Part shown: piece after piece, positions 44,391 through 54,100 of the stretch
Numbering within the stretch: the stretch's first letter is position 1
Layout: every line of letters starts with the position of its first letter
IMG/VR virus record: IMGVR_UViG_3300044643_000090
Span: 1-58,934 of that record
Reading direction: 5' to 3' (one strand)
Origin: a virus
Lineage: Duplodnaviria > Caudoviricetes
DNA length: 58,934 nucleotides
Made by a program: the position numbers and the translations under genes
The notes under the pieces: model-generated
Seen by the model: only the letters and a program-made list of their open reading frames with translations
Databases searched by the model: none
What the model was told of the DNA's origin: nothing

Positions 44391-45229
44391 GCAATCTTGT
44401 AGAGGACATCTACAGGGTTGTCGAAGGGAAGGGAGGGTGGTATGCAACTGTCACAGAGTTCTTCTCGTCCTCCCTTTCTAGTATCGCAGAGGCTAGGTTT
44501 TCTCAGGAGCAAGTCCCCCGAGATTACCTCAGTCTCTCTGGCATAGGCTCACCCTGTGACCGTAGACTGTGGTACAAGATCAACCAAACCGAATCCTCAG
44601 AGCCACTCACTGCCGAGGCTCTTGGAACCTTCTTCTACGGAGACTTGATCGAAGCCCTCGTACTGTCACTGGCAAAGGCAGCAGGACACAACGTCGAGGG
44701 TATGCAGGACAGAGTTAGTGTCTTCGGTATCTCCGGCTCTCGTGACGCTGTGATTGATGGGGTGACAGTCGATGTGAAGTCTGCATCCAAGTATGGGTTC
44801 GAGAAGTTCCGTAAACACAACCTGCGAGAAGACGATCCCTTCGGGTACATCAGCCAGTTGAGTTCGTATGTCTACGCAGGGAAGGATGATCCTCTGGTGA
44901 AGAACAAGACCGAGGGTGCTTTCCTTGTCGTTCAGAAGGACAGGTTCAAACTCTGCTTGGATCGTTACGACTTCACAGAAGAGATTGCCAAGAAGGAAGA
45001 AGAGATTGAGAGAGTCAAGAAGCTGGTTGCTGGGTCAATCCCAGAGGATCGTATTCCACCTGTCCCTCAATCTAAGACTTCTGAGAACACGGTGCTCTCT
45101 ACTACTTGTGGATACTGCGACTTTAGGAAGGTATGTTGGCCAGAAGCCAGAACTTTTCTATACTCTACCGGACCAGTGTTCATGGTTGATGTCGTTAATG
45201 AACCCCGAGTGACGGAGTTGATTGAGTGA
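44372..45229 (+). CDS. PD-(D/E)XK exonuclease (Cas4-like)
   Basis: S.IG.PC.R.LWY, GS.D...D....DVKSAS, QL..Y, CGYC.....CW. Confidence 0.85.
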   Translation: MGSKELSNLVEDIYRVVEGKGGWYATVTEFFSSSLSSIAEARFSQEQVPRDYLSLSGIGSPCDRRLWYKINQTESSEPLTAEALGTFFYGDLIEALVLSLAKAAGHNVEGMQDRVSVFGISGSRDAVIDGVTVDVKSASKYGFEKFRKHNLREDDPFGYISQLSSYVYAGKDDPLVKNKTEGAFLVVQKDRFKLCLDRYDFTEEIAKKEEEIERVKKLVAGSIPEDRIPPVPQSKTSENTVLSTTCGYCDFRKVCWPEARTFLYSTGPVFMVDVVNEPRVTELIE

Positions 45230-45675
45230 GAAAGAAGGTATCCCCAGAGGCTAGGGGGTATCGGTCGGGTCTAGAGGGAAAGGTTGCACAGCAGCTAGAG
45301 ACGTTGGGGATCAAGGTTGAGTATGAAGCCTACAAAATCCCCTACGTCATTCCTGAAAGCTCACACAAGTATACCCCAGACTTCGTTCTTCCCAATGGTA
45401 TCATCGTTGAAACCAAAGGGAGGTTCGTACTTGCAGACAGAAAGAAGCATCTACTCTTGCAATCCCAGAGGCCAGAGTTAGATATTAGGTTTGTGTTCTC
45501 CAACAGTTCTGCAAAGATCAATAAGGGATCACCCACCTCTTACGCTGACTGGTGTAACAAGTATGGCTTCATCTTCGCAGACAAACTCATCCCAGAGTCT
45601 TGGGTCTCAGAGAAAGGCGACAAGAATGTTAAACTGGCTACGAAAGAAGTTCTCAAAAGAAGAAGAAAAGCCTGA
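45226..45675 (+). CDS. Endonuclease I / Holliday junction resolvase (T7 gp3-like)
   Basis: YRSGLE, YTPDF.LPNGI.VETKGRF...DRKKH, LDIRFVF. Confidence 0.92.
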   Translation: MRKKVSPEARGYRSGLEGKVAQQLETLGIKVEYEAYKIPYVIPESSHKYTPDFVLPNGIIVETKGRFVLADRKKHLLLQSQRPELDIRFVFSNSSAKINKGSPTSYADWCNKYGFIFADKLIPESWVSEKGDKNVKLATKEVLKRRRKA

Positions 45676-45898
45676 CCAAACGCTACTCTGGGGTGTCGTA
45701 GAGGGACCATTCTCTGCAAAAGACATTCCAGACTGCGGTTTCCCACCCGAATCGACGATGCTGGTTCTGAAAGTTTCCCGTGGTGAAGATGTGTTTGATG
45801 CAGAGTTCTGGTTTGATGATCTCGACGAGGCATATGTCTTGATGAAGCACTTCCAGACCAACCTGAACCCAATCGTTCTCAACAACAAGGAGCCTTAA
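45626..45898 (+). CDS. Hypothetical protein
   Basis: Start re-assigned to MLNWLRKK; W.V.EGPF. Confidence 0.6.
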   Translation: MLNWLRKKFSKEEEKPDQTLLWGVVEGPFSAKDIPDCGFPPESTMLVLKVSRGEDVFDAEFWFDDLDEAYVLMKHFQTNLNPIVLNNKEP

Positions 45899-45899
45899 T

Positions 45900-46679
45900 A
45901 TGGCTACTAAAACAGTCGTAGTATTCTCGTGTGCACATGCCGACCCTGCAACAAGCAGCCTGCGGTTCAAAGCACTAGGAAATTTCCTCTATGATCTCAA
46001 GCCAGACATGGTGTTTGATTTGGGTGATGGAGCAGACATGAGGTCTCTCAACAGCTATGATGAAAGATACCCCAAAGCACTGGCTTCACAGAGCTATGAG
46101 AAGGATATTGAGTCCTACAACACAGCCCAAGAACTCCTCCGACATCCGTTCAGACATCACCGGAAGAAGCGACCTTTTTGGGTGGGATTCGAAGGAAACC
46201 ACGAGAACCGAATTAAAAAGTACCTCGCCCTTAATCCAAGGAATGAGGGAGAAAAGTACGGGGTTTCCTTTAGCCATCTTCAAACAGACCACTACTTCGA
46301 CGAATACCACGAGTATGAAAACAGTGGACCAGCCATCGCCCTCTACGACAAGGTGGCCTACGCGCACTACTTCACTTCTGGTAATTCTTCTACTGCTACT
46401 AGCGGCATCCATCACGCTTATACGATGGTGAATAACCTTGGCTGTTCTGCCACCTGTGGGCACTCTCACAAGCGTGACATGTACTTCAAGGATGGTGGGC
46501 TACCTCATGGCAACATTGGCCTCGTGGTGGGCTGCTATAAGGGCGCAGAGGAGCACTGGGCTGGGCAAGCAAACAGACAGTGGTGGCACGGTGTGGTAGT
46601 GAAGCGTGAGTTGGAGGATGGCATGTACGAGCCTGAGTTTGTTTCCCTCAACCAGATCATGCGAGAGTATGCTGAATGA
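45900..46679 (+). CDS. Calcineurin-like metallophosphoesterase
   Basis: SCAH, LGD..D, GNHE, AH, GHSH. Confidence 0.85.
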   Translation: MATKTVVVFSCAHADPATSSLRFKALGNFLYDLKPDMVFDLGDGADMRSLNSYDERYPKALASQSYEKDIESYNTAQELLRHPFRHHRKKRPFWVGFEGNHENRIKKYLALNPRNEGEKYGVSFSHLQTDHYFDEYHEYENSGPAIALYDKVAYAHYFTSGNSSTATSGIHHAYTMVNNLGCSATCGHSHKRDMYFKDGGLPHGNIGLVVGCYKGAEEHWAGQANRQWWHGVVVKRELEDGMYEPEFVSLNQIMREYAE

Positions 46680-46840
46680 ACTACGAAGTGACAATCCTTG
46701 TTGAAGTCCATCCCGAAGCAGCCTTTGCTGGTACCGACGACGAGATGGAGAATGTCTACAGCTTGATTGAATCAGCAGTGTTTGATATTGACGATCTGAC
46801 GCTGCACACACTGGATGTAATGGAGGCAGGAAATGGCTAA
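46676..46840 (+). CDS. Small acidic protein (54 aa)
   Basis: Hand-translated, overlaps both neighbours. Confidence 0.5.
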   Translation: MNYEVTILVEVHPEAAFAGTDDEMENVYSLIESAVFDIDDLTLHTLDVMEAGNG

Positions 46841-47219
46841 GTGGAAAGACACAGGACTAGACTACTTTGAACAAGAGAGGCACTACACCCCTTCCGCTAT
46901 GGTGAGGGAGTTCTCTAAAGTTCTGGATCAAAAACCTGACGTGGCCCTGTACCAGAGATTGATCTGTGAGGAGTACGAGGAGTGGTGCAAGGAGTTGCCA
47001 CACACCGTAAAGGACTTGAAGGAGCTTGCAGACCTTGTGTATGTGATCTACGGCTATGCCCATGCCGCTGGCTACAATCTGGACGAGGCTGTAGAGCGTG
47101 TGCATGACAACAATCTCGGTCGTTGTGTGCAACCTGATGGGACCGTCAAGCGAAGGGAGGATGGGAAGATTATAAAGAACCCTGACTACCCTGCGGTCTA
47201 CTTGAAGGATTTGATTTGA
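46833..47219 (+). CDS. MazG-like nucleotide pyrophosphohydrolase
   Basis: LI.EEY.E, KELADLVYV.YG, VH.NN, REDGKI.K.P.Y. Confidence 0.85.
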   Translation: MAKWKDTGLDYFEQERHYTPSAMVREFSKVLDQKPDVALYQRLICEEYEEWCKELPHTVKDLKELADLVYVIYGYAHAAGYNLDEAVERVHDNNLGRCVQPDGTVKRREDGKIIKNPDYPAVYLKDLI

Positions 47220-47383
47220 TGGCAAGCTTCATCTACCTCTTGACAACTCTCTTCATTGGACTAAAACTACTCGGTTCGATCACATGGTCTTGGTGGTGGG
47301 TTCTTAGCCCTCTTTGGATTGGTATCCCTAGTATTATCCTTGTTGCCTACTTGGCGGCACTCGCTGCGAGGAGCCTCAAATGA
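47219..47383 (+). CDS. Small membrane protein (LKL.G.I.WSWWWVLSPLW type)
   Basis: Hand-translated 54 aa. Confidence 0.65.
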   Translation: MASFIYLLTTLFIGLKLLGSITWSWWWVLSPLWIGIPSIILVAYLAALAARSLK

Positions 47384-47544
47384 CAGTGCAAGAGCTTATA
47401 GACAAGCTGCAGAAAGTGCAGGACAAGGGGGTTCCAGTTGTATTGGTTGACTGGTCCATCCAGAACCCACTGACAGCCAAGCATGACCTCAGCACAAACC
47501 GTATCGTGGTGCAAGCACATCGCGTTGCAATCATAATGAGCTAG
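47380..47544 (+). CDS. Small protein (MTVQELIDKL type)
   Basis: GAGGAG RBS; hand-translated. Confidence 0.6.
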   Translation: MTVQELIDKLQKVQDKGVPVVLVDWSIQNPLTAKHDLSTNRIVVQAHRVAIIMS

Positions 47545-47580
47545 ATCGTGATCGAACTGGCCTCAAAAGAAAGTGAAAAA

Positions 47581-49527
47581 ATGAGTAACCACCTACCTAC
47601 TGACTACCAAGCATTCATTCACACATCACGCTATGCTCGTTGGCTCGAAGAGTTTATGCGGCGTGAGGGTTGGTTTGAGACCGTCTCTCGCTACATGACC
47701 AATGTTGTCGTCAAGAAAATCCGTGACGAGATCGTACTGGATGAAATCGAAGAGGCTATCCTTGGTCTTGAGATTATGCCTTCGATGCGGGCTGTGATGA
47801 CTGCTGGTCCTGCCTTGGAGCGCGATAACACGGCTGGCTACAACTGCTCCTACCTGCCTGTGGACGACCCCAAATCCTTTGACGAGGCTATGTTCATCCT
47901 TCTGTGTGGCACTGGTGTTGGCTTCTCTGTTGAGCGTCAATACATTAGTAAGCTGCCAGAGGTTCCTGAGCAAATGTTTACCTCGGAGGACGTGATCGTG
48001 GTCCACGACAGCAAAGAGGGTTGGGCTAAGTCTCTGCGTAAGCTGATTGCTATGCTCTATGCAGGGGAAATCCCTAAGTGGGACGTGTCTAAGGTTCGTC
48101 CTGCTGGCGCTAAACTCAAGACCTTTGGTGGTCGTGCATCTGGTCCCGCCCCTCTGGTGGAATTGTTCCAGTACACGATTGAGAAGTTCAAGGGTGCTGC
48201 TGGTCGTAAGTTGTCTTCGATTGAGTGCCACGACATCATGTGTAAGATCGGTGAAGTTGTTGTGGTAGGCGGTGTTCGTCGCTCTGCAATGATCTCTTTG
48301 TCGAACCTGTCTGATGATCGTATGCGCCACGCTAAGTCAGGTATGTGGTGGGAAGGTAATGCTCAACGTGCTTTGGCTAACAACTCTGTGGCCTACACTG
48401 AGAAGCCTGACATGGAAACCTTCATGCGTGAGTGGCTCTCTCTGGTGGAAAGCAAGTCTGGTGAGCGAGGTATCTTCTCTCGTCAGGCATCTAAGAAACA
48501 AGCTGCAAAGAATGGTCGTCGTGATGCTAACCAAGACTTTGGCACTAACCCGTGCAGTGAAATCATTCTTCGCCCGTACCAGTTCTGTAATCTCACGGAA
48601 GTCGTGGTCCGAGCTACGGATACACTTGAGGACTTGGAGCGGAAAGTAAAGCTGGCTACGATCCTTGGCACTATCCAATCGACGTATACTCACTTCCCCT
48701 ATCTGCGTAAGATTTGGCAGAAGAACACTGAGGAAGAGCGGCTGTTGGGTGTGTCGTTGACGGGTATCATGGATCATGAAGCCTTGTCTGGTGCTATGGA
48801 TAGGGATGCTGGTATTGCATACTCGTTCTCTGGCAGCGAAGATATGAACCTAGATCAAGTTTTGGAGCATCTGAAAAATGTCGCTGTTACTACTAATGCT
48901 GAGTGGGCTAATCATCTTGGTATTCCTGCTAGTACGGCCATTACTTGTGTCAAACCAAGCGGAACTGTTAGCCAGCTTGTGGATTCCGCTTCTGGTATTC
49001 ATGCTCGTCACAGCCAGTATTATATCCGCACCGTAAGGGGAGATAACAAAGACCCTCTGACGCAGCTTATGAAGGATCAGGGTATTCCGAGTGAGCCATG
49101 TGTGATTAAGCCTGAGACTACCACAGTCTTTAGCTTCCCACAGAAGTCTCCCGAAGGTGCTATTACCCGTAACGACATGACGGCTATCGAACAGTTGGAG
49201 TTGTGGTTGATCTATCAGCGTCACTGGTGTGAGCATAAGCCTTCTATCACGGTGACTGTTCGTGATAATGAGTGGATGGAAGTTGGTGCTTGGGTCTATA
49301 AGTACTTCGATGAAGTATCTGGTGTGTCTTTCTTGCCGCACTCTGACCACAGCTACCAACAGGCACCCTATCAGGAGATCAACCAACGGGAGTATGAAGA
49401 GTTGCTTGCTACCATGCCACCGAAGATTGATTGGACTAAGCTGAGCGACTACGAGAAAGAAGACACTTCCAAAGGGACTCAAACCTTTGCCTGTGTTGGT
49501 TCTTGTGAGATCGTTGACCTGACTTAA
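47581..49527 (+). CDS. nrdJ: Class II (B12-dependent) ribonucleotide reductase
   Basis: YNCSY, GTGVGFS, GGVRRSA, TNPCSEI, CNL, CVKPSGT, C-terminal ACVGSCEI; no NrdB partner in genome. Confidence 0.92.
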   Translation: MSNHLPTDYQAFIHTSRYARWLEEFMRREGWFETVSRYMTNVVVKKIRDEIVLDEIEEAILGLEIMPSMRAVMTAGPALERDNTAGYNCSYLPVDDPKSFDEAMFILLCGTGVGFSVERQYISKLPEVPEQMFTSEDVIVVHDSKEGWAKSLRKLIAMLYAGEIPKWDVSKVRPAGAKLKTFGGRASGPAPLVELFQYTIEKFKGAAGRKLSSIECHDIMCKIGEVVVVGGVRRSAMISLSNLSDDRMRHAKSGMWWEGNAQRALANNSVAYTEKPDMETFMREWLSLVESKSGERGIFSRQASKKQAAKNGRRDANQDFGTNPCSEIILRPYQFCNLTEVVVRATDTLEDLERKVKLATILGTIQSTYTHFPYLRKIWQKNTEEERLLGVSLTGIMDHEALSGAMDRDAGIAYSFSGSEDMNLDQVLEHLKNVAVTTNAEWANHLGIPASTAITCVKPSGTVSQLVDSASGIHARHSQYYIRTVRGDNKDPLTQLMKDQGIPSEPCVIKPETTTVFSFPQKSPEGAITRNDMTAIEQLELWLIYQRHWCEHKPSITVTVRDNEWMEVGAWVYKYFDEVSGVSFLPHSDHSYQQAPYQEINQREYEELLATMPPKIDWTKLSDYEKEDTSKGTQTFACVGSCEIVDLT

Positions 49528-49537
49528 GAGCTTGCTA

Positions 49538-49565
49538 CATCCTGAGCATGATGATAAACTGCTCA
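49538..49565 (+). ncRNA. Compact H-type pseudoknot candidate
   Basis: CATC/GATG and TGAGCA/TGCTCA interleaved stems, ATAAAC loop. Confidence 0.45.
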
Positions 49566-49589
49566 CAACAAACCCTCGTGGAGCATACA

Positions 49590-49760
49590 GTGACCGTTGA
49601 AATAGCTATCCTAGCTGGACTCACAGCGAACGTCTTACTCTCTTGGTTGATTAAAAGGGACTTAGATGAAATAGAACAGGTCGTGGTGCAGATGCTCCTT
49701 GATCTGGGTAAACAAGGTATCTTAAACGTGGAGGTTGATGATGACTCTGGAGAAGCCTAA
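49590..49760 (+). CDS. Small membrane protein
   Basis: GGAG RBS, GTG start, N-terminal hydrophobic helix. Confidence 0.5.
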   Translation: MTVEIAILAGLTANVLLSWLIKRDLDEIEQVVVQMLLDLGKQGILNVEVDDDSGEA

Positions 49761-50445
49761 GGGCAAACGGGTATCACGCTACAAGAACGCTGAACAAGAA
49801 GGCGCAATGCGTACTGTTACCATTAAGCCACTCAACGACAATCAAGCACTCTACCTCAAACATCTGGATGGCTCAGATCAAGTGATTGTCTGTGGGTTTT
49901 CTGGCACAGGTAAGACCTTCATGGCAGCCACCTATGCAGCCAACATGTACGCCAACAGAGAGATCACCAAGATTATCCTGACTCGTCCCAATGTCTCTGT
50001 GGGTAAGGACTTGGGCTACTTCCCCGGTACACTCGAAGAGAAGTTTGCTCCTTGGGCTGCACCTGTGCTTGATGTTCTCAATGAGCAGTTGGGCAAAGGT
50101 ACGGTAGAGACTGGGATCAAGAACGGCAACATCGAAATGGCACCCCTATCTACTATGCGGGGAAGATCATTCAAGAACGCTTTCATCATTCTGGACGAAG
50201 CACAAAACACTTCCGTCGCTGAGATCAAAATGTTCTTGACTCGGATCGGAAAAGACTGTAAAGTTGTAATCAACGGTGACATAAAGCAGTCAGATATTGG
50301 TGGTAGATCGGGCCTAGCAGCGATCATCCATCTTGTTAAGAAGCACAATCTGCCTGTGCCTATCGTTGAGTTCGGAGTGGATGACATTGTTCGCAGTGAC
50401 ATCTGTAAGCAGTGGATCGTGGCATTCGAGGAAGAGAAGCTATGA
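49741..50445 (+). CDS. phoH: PhoH-family ATPase
   Basis: Q..Y, G.SGTGKT, LTRP, LGYFPG, MRGRSF, ILDEAQN, GD..QSD, IVRS. Confidence 0.95.
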   Translation: MTLEKPKGKRVSRYKNAEQEGAMRTVTIKPLNDNQALYLKHLDGSDQVIVCGFSGTGKTFMAATYAANMYANREITKIILTRPNVSVGKDLGYFPGTLEEKFAPWAAPVLDVLNEQLGKGTVETGIKNGNIEMAPLSTMRGRSFKNAFIILDEAQNTSVAEIKMFLTRIGKDCKVVINGDIKQSDIGGRSGLAAIIHLVKKHNLPVPIVEFGVDDIVRSDICKQWIVAFEEEKL

Positions 50446-50678
50446 CAGCAAGTCAGACGACAGACATGGTGAATAGCCCTGCACATTATGGTCAAGGGAA
50501 AATTGAATGTATCGACTACATTGAAGATTTCCTCAGCCCAGACGAGTACATCGGTTACCTGCGTGGGAACATTGCTAAGTACAATCATCGCTGGCGTTAC
50601 AAGAATGGTCTAGAAGACTTGCGTAAGGCAGAGTGGTATCACAAGCGGCTCCTAGCTTTCATGGAGAAGCAAGTATGA
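50442..50678 (+). CDS. DUF3310 / T7 gp1.7-like protein
   Basis: VNSPAHY..G.IECID, GN..KY..R...KNG.EDL.KA.WY. Confidence 0.85.
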   Translation: MTASQTTDMVNSPAHYGQGKIECIDYIEDFLSPDEYIGYLRGNIAKYNHRWRYKNGLEDLRKAEWYHKRLLAFMEKQV

Positions 50679-50742
50679 CTGAGGGTTTACTGCTCTTAGC
50701 ACTGGTAGTATTTATAATCTGGGCGCTCAATGGAGACGACTG

Positions 50743-50934
50743 ATGAACGCATTTGAACAAGGATACAAAGATTTTGGCAAAGGGCAGACCACAAACCCGT
50801 ACCACAAGGACACAACAAAGTACAGAGATTGGGAGTTTGGATTCAACAAAGCCTATTCTCGAAACTTGGAGTGGGTCAGAGACAATGAACATCGAAGAAG
50901 AGGCCAAGGAGTTCAGAGCAAAGAAGAGGCATAG
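50743..50934 (+). CDS. Small protein (AFEQGY...NPY...W..GF)
   Basis: Motif in translation; GGAG RBS. Confidence 0.6.
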   Translation: MNAFEQGYKDFGKGQTTNPYHKDTTKYRDWEFGFNKAYSRNLEWVRDNEHRRRGQGVQSKEEA

Positions 50935-51079
50935 TGTACCTCCTAAGCCCATGACTTCCAAAATCTACTTGATGGGAATGGCCATGAATGCACTCCTCTC
51001 AAGGTCTACTGGCCTCGTAAGGAGGGAAGAGATCAAGAGGGAAGCCGAAGAGTGGGCTGACTACATGCTTGAAGATTGA
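50885..51079 (+). CDS. Hypothetical protein
   Basis: MNIEEEAK..F; G.AMNALL...A...AD.ML. Confidence 0.55.
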   Translation: MNIEEEAKEFRAKKRHSVPPKPMTSKIYLMGMAMNALLSRSTGLVRREEIKREAEEWADYMLED

Positions 51080-51087
51080 ACCTAATG

Positions 51088-51121
51088 AAAAAGGGGGCCT
51101 CGCGGCCCCCTCTCTCTTTTT
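51088..51121. terminator. Bidirectional intrinsic terminator at convergence of both arms
   Basis: AAAA-AGGGGGCC-TCGC-GGCCCCCT-CTCTCTTTTT. Confidence 0.85.
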
Positions 51122-51122
51122 G

Positions 51123-54100
51123 CTATTGCTTGGTGATAAACTCTTCTCGGAACTTAAGAGCGTTCTCTAGGGTATCCAACTCATCCTCAGATAGCTTATC
51201 AACCCCACGATCAAACCCTAAGTCTTCAAGAGTGCGCTGGACCTTGAGTTTGGGGTAAGAACGAGAGATGTTAATCATCTTCATCAAGGCCCTGTCACCA
51301 CCATTAGAGGCAACCCTGCCCATGTACCCGAGCGTTGCCTTACGTGCTTCACTCAAAAGCTTAGTGACTTCCCCCTGCTTGACTTCAAGAGTCCCTTCAC
51401 GGAAACGCTTGGACTTGAACAATACACCTGCCTGATCTTCCACAATCTCGTTGAAGATTTCGTTGTAGCGGTTGTCTGCAGCCTCAGACTGAGAAGCCAT
51501 GCTGGCCAAGTAGGTAGGTCTACCGATCTCGTTCATAACCCGCTCAGTGTTAGTGAGCCTTGATCCTCTGGTCGTTGAAACAAGTTTAGAGGCTTGAACA
51601 GTGGGTTGACCTTCTGCAGCAGACTGCTTAGGGGGAGCAAGATTCTCACCAGTTATAAGAGCAATTGCTTGATCCATGTAACGCAGAGAGTTGTTCACCC
51701 ACGCAGTACCTTGCTTACGATCAGGAACATAGAACTCCTCATCACGAGCAAGACCAGCAAGGACGTTGAGGGGTTCTAGAGGACGTGTTGCAGCGGAGAT
51801 TGCTTGTGGTACAATTGCTCCAAGGGCATCAAGCAGGGTCTTACCCAAACCCGGACCTTCATCAGAGAGTGCTGCAGTGGCGATGTTATTCAAACCTGAT
51901 CCAGCCTCTCCAAGCTGACGAGTAAGCTGACCAAAGAACTGGTCTCCCATCTGGAAGAGCAATTCCTCAGGAGGAGCTTCCCCTCTGGCATGGTGAGCGA
52001 AGAGTCTTGCAACAGCCTTGTAAGCCCCATAAGGGAACTCATAACGCTCGTCAATAACCTCACCAGTCTCTTCGTCGATCTCTTCACTCCACCCAAGCCC
52101 TTGGTCAATATAATCCATCTCTCTCTGGGCAAGCATACCGATCAACGACCAAGAGACGAGACCTCTGGACACCAATTCAGACATAGGCTTAGATTGATCC
52201 CCAAGACCAATAGACTTTGCAATCAGAGGTCCGAAGCCAGTAGTCTGGTAGGCGAAGGCTACAGTGTTGTTGAAGAAGCGACCAAACGGAACCAGAAGAC
52301 CGATACCCGGAAGGTTACGAGCATCTTCGATCATGCCTGCCACTTCACCCAAGAAGCCTCTGCCCTTGAAGGATTTGGAGAACACAGAACGGAGTGTCTC
52401 ATCCACAGCCTGAGCCTCAAGCAGTGCGTATCTTTCTGAGACCATCTTGGAGTGGTGATCTGGTGCAGCAAAGAAGTCATTCCAAGACATGCCAAAGCCA
52501 CCCTTCTCAGGAGACCTACGGAGCAATTTATCCAACTGAGAAGTAAACTCAATGGCCTTGGTGTAACCATCCTGAGCACTCACTAGAGACAACCTCTGGA
52601 TAACGTCTACAGCCTGATTAGACCTGAGGGTGAGTAGGGGTGTGCTTGGATCAAAACCCTTGGCCAGTTTATCCAGAGACTCAATACCACCGGGAAGCAC
52701 TGCAGTGAGTTGGCGCATGGCCTCAGGTCTCACCTGTGCATACTGCAAGAAGGTCTCGTAGGTGGCATTGGGGTCCAGAGTATTCTTGGCTTTAGTGACT
52801 TGGTTCTGCAGGAGACTAAAGGCTTCAATGCCCATCTTCTTGGCTTCTTTGGGGTTGATAGCCATGTACATACCCGCCTTGCCCCCCAGAAGGACAGCAC
52901 GAGTAACATCTGTTGCGGTATTTAGACCTGTAGCGGCAGCATAACCAGTGACGTTGAGGGCTGTGGTTGAGAGGTTAGACACCATCAGACGGATAATATT
53001 GTTCTGGAAATCGGGGAGATCACGACCAATGAAATCACCAACAGCCTTACCAATCTTGTTAGAGCCACCACCAACAACTGTCTGAGGGGTAGTAGCACCA
53101 CCACCAAGAACAAACTCTGCATAGTCATCCACAGTAATACTCTTGGGATCACGACCTAGAATCTTAGCAACCTGAGAGGCTGCATTCAGAACCTTACCAC
53201 TGTCGCTCATCTTCTTTTTGAAAGTATCTGCAAAACCCTCAATAGTGAGTTTCTTTCCTTCATTCATCTTGATGCCAGTGGCCTTGGTAAAGTCATCAAT
53301 GAACTGCTTGGCATCCTGAGGATCAGCATTCTTGATAATATCGCCAATCCAGTTGGATACCTTGTCGTCAGGGGTTCTTCTTTTCCAGACGTAACCATCC
53401 TCAACAAGGATTTGAGCCAGACCCTTGAGACCCTTCTCACTGTTACCCAGCAACATTGTGTTAAAGAACTCTGTGTCCTGATCTTTAAGCTCCTTACCCT
53501 TGGCGATATCCTTGAGCCAGTTCCCCGTAGGAACAGCAGGACCACCAGCAGGTGAAGCGGGGGTAGTAGGAGCCTGATTGACCAGTTTACTTACAGACTT
53601 GGAACCCTTCGTAGAGGTCTTGAGAGCCTCAGGAGGAAGCAAGCCAGAGGCACCAGTACGCACGTTGCTGAGAGCACCAGACAGGCCACCAGCGACCAGA
53701 CCAACGACAGCAGAGAGACCTGTTTGGTAGACGTTGTACTCTTCCTGAACCTTGGTACGGAGCATTGCATCCTGATACAAGTAGTCTGTACCAGCAGCCA
53801 TAGCAGCCTCAAAGCCACCAACAACAGCAGCCTCTTTGACCGCAGTGGGGGTAGACATTCTCTGCAAGAAGGTTGTTGCTGCTTTCTCCGCAGCCTGTCT
53901 TGTAGCAATCTGCTTGTTGGTTTCAGTAACAACTCTGGAGGTCTGCATACGAAGAACACGCTCAGCAACTTTCTGAGCAGCCTCTTCGGTAGCACCCTTT
54001 GCCAACTGTTTCTTATAAGCATGTTTAGCAGCAATCAGAGTGGCCTGAGAACCAGCCTTGAAGCCCACACCAGATGCAACCTTACCAACACCAAGACCCA

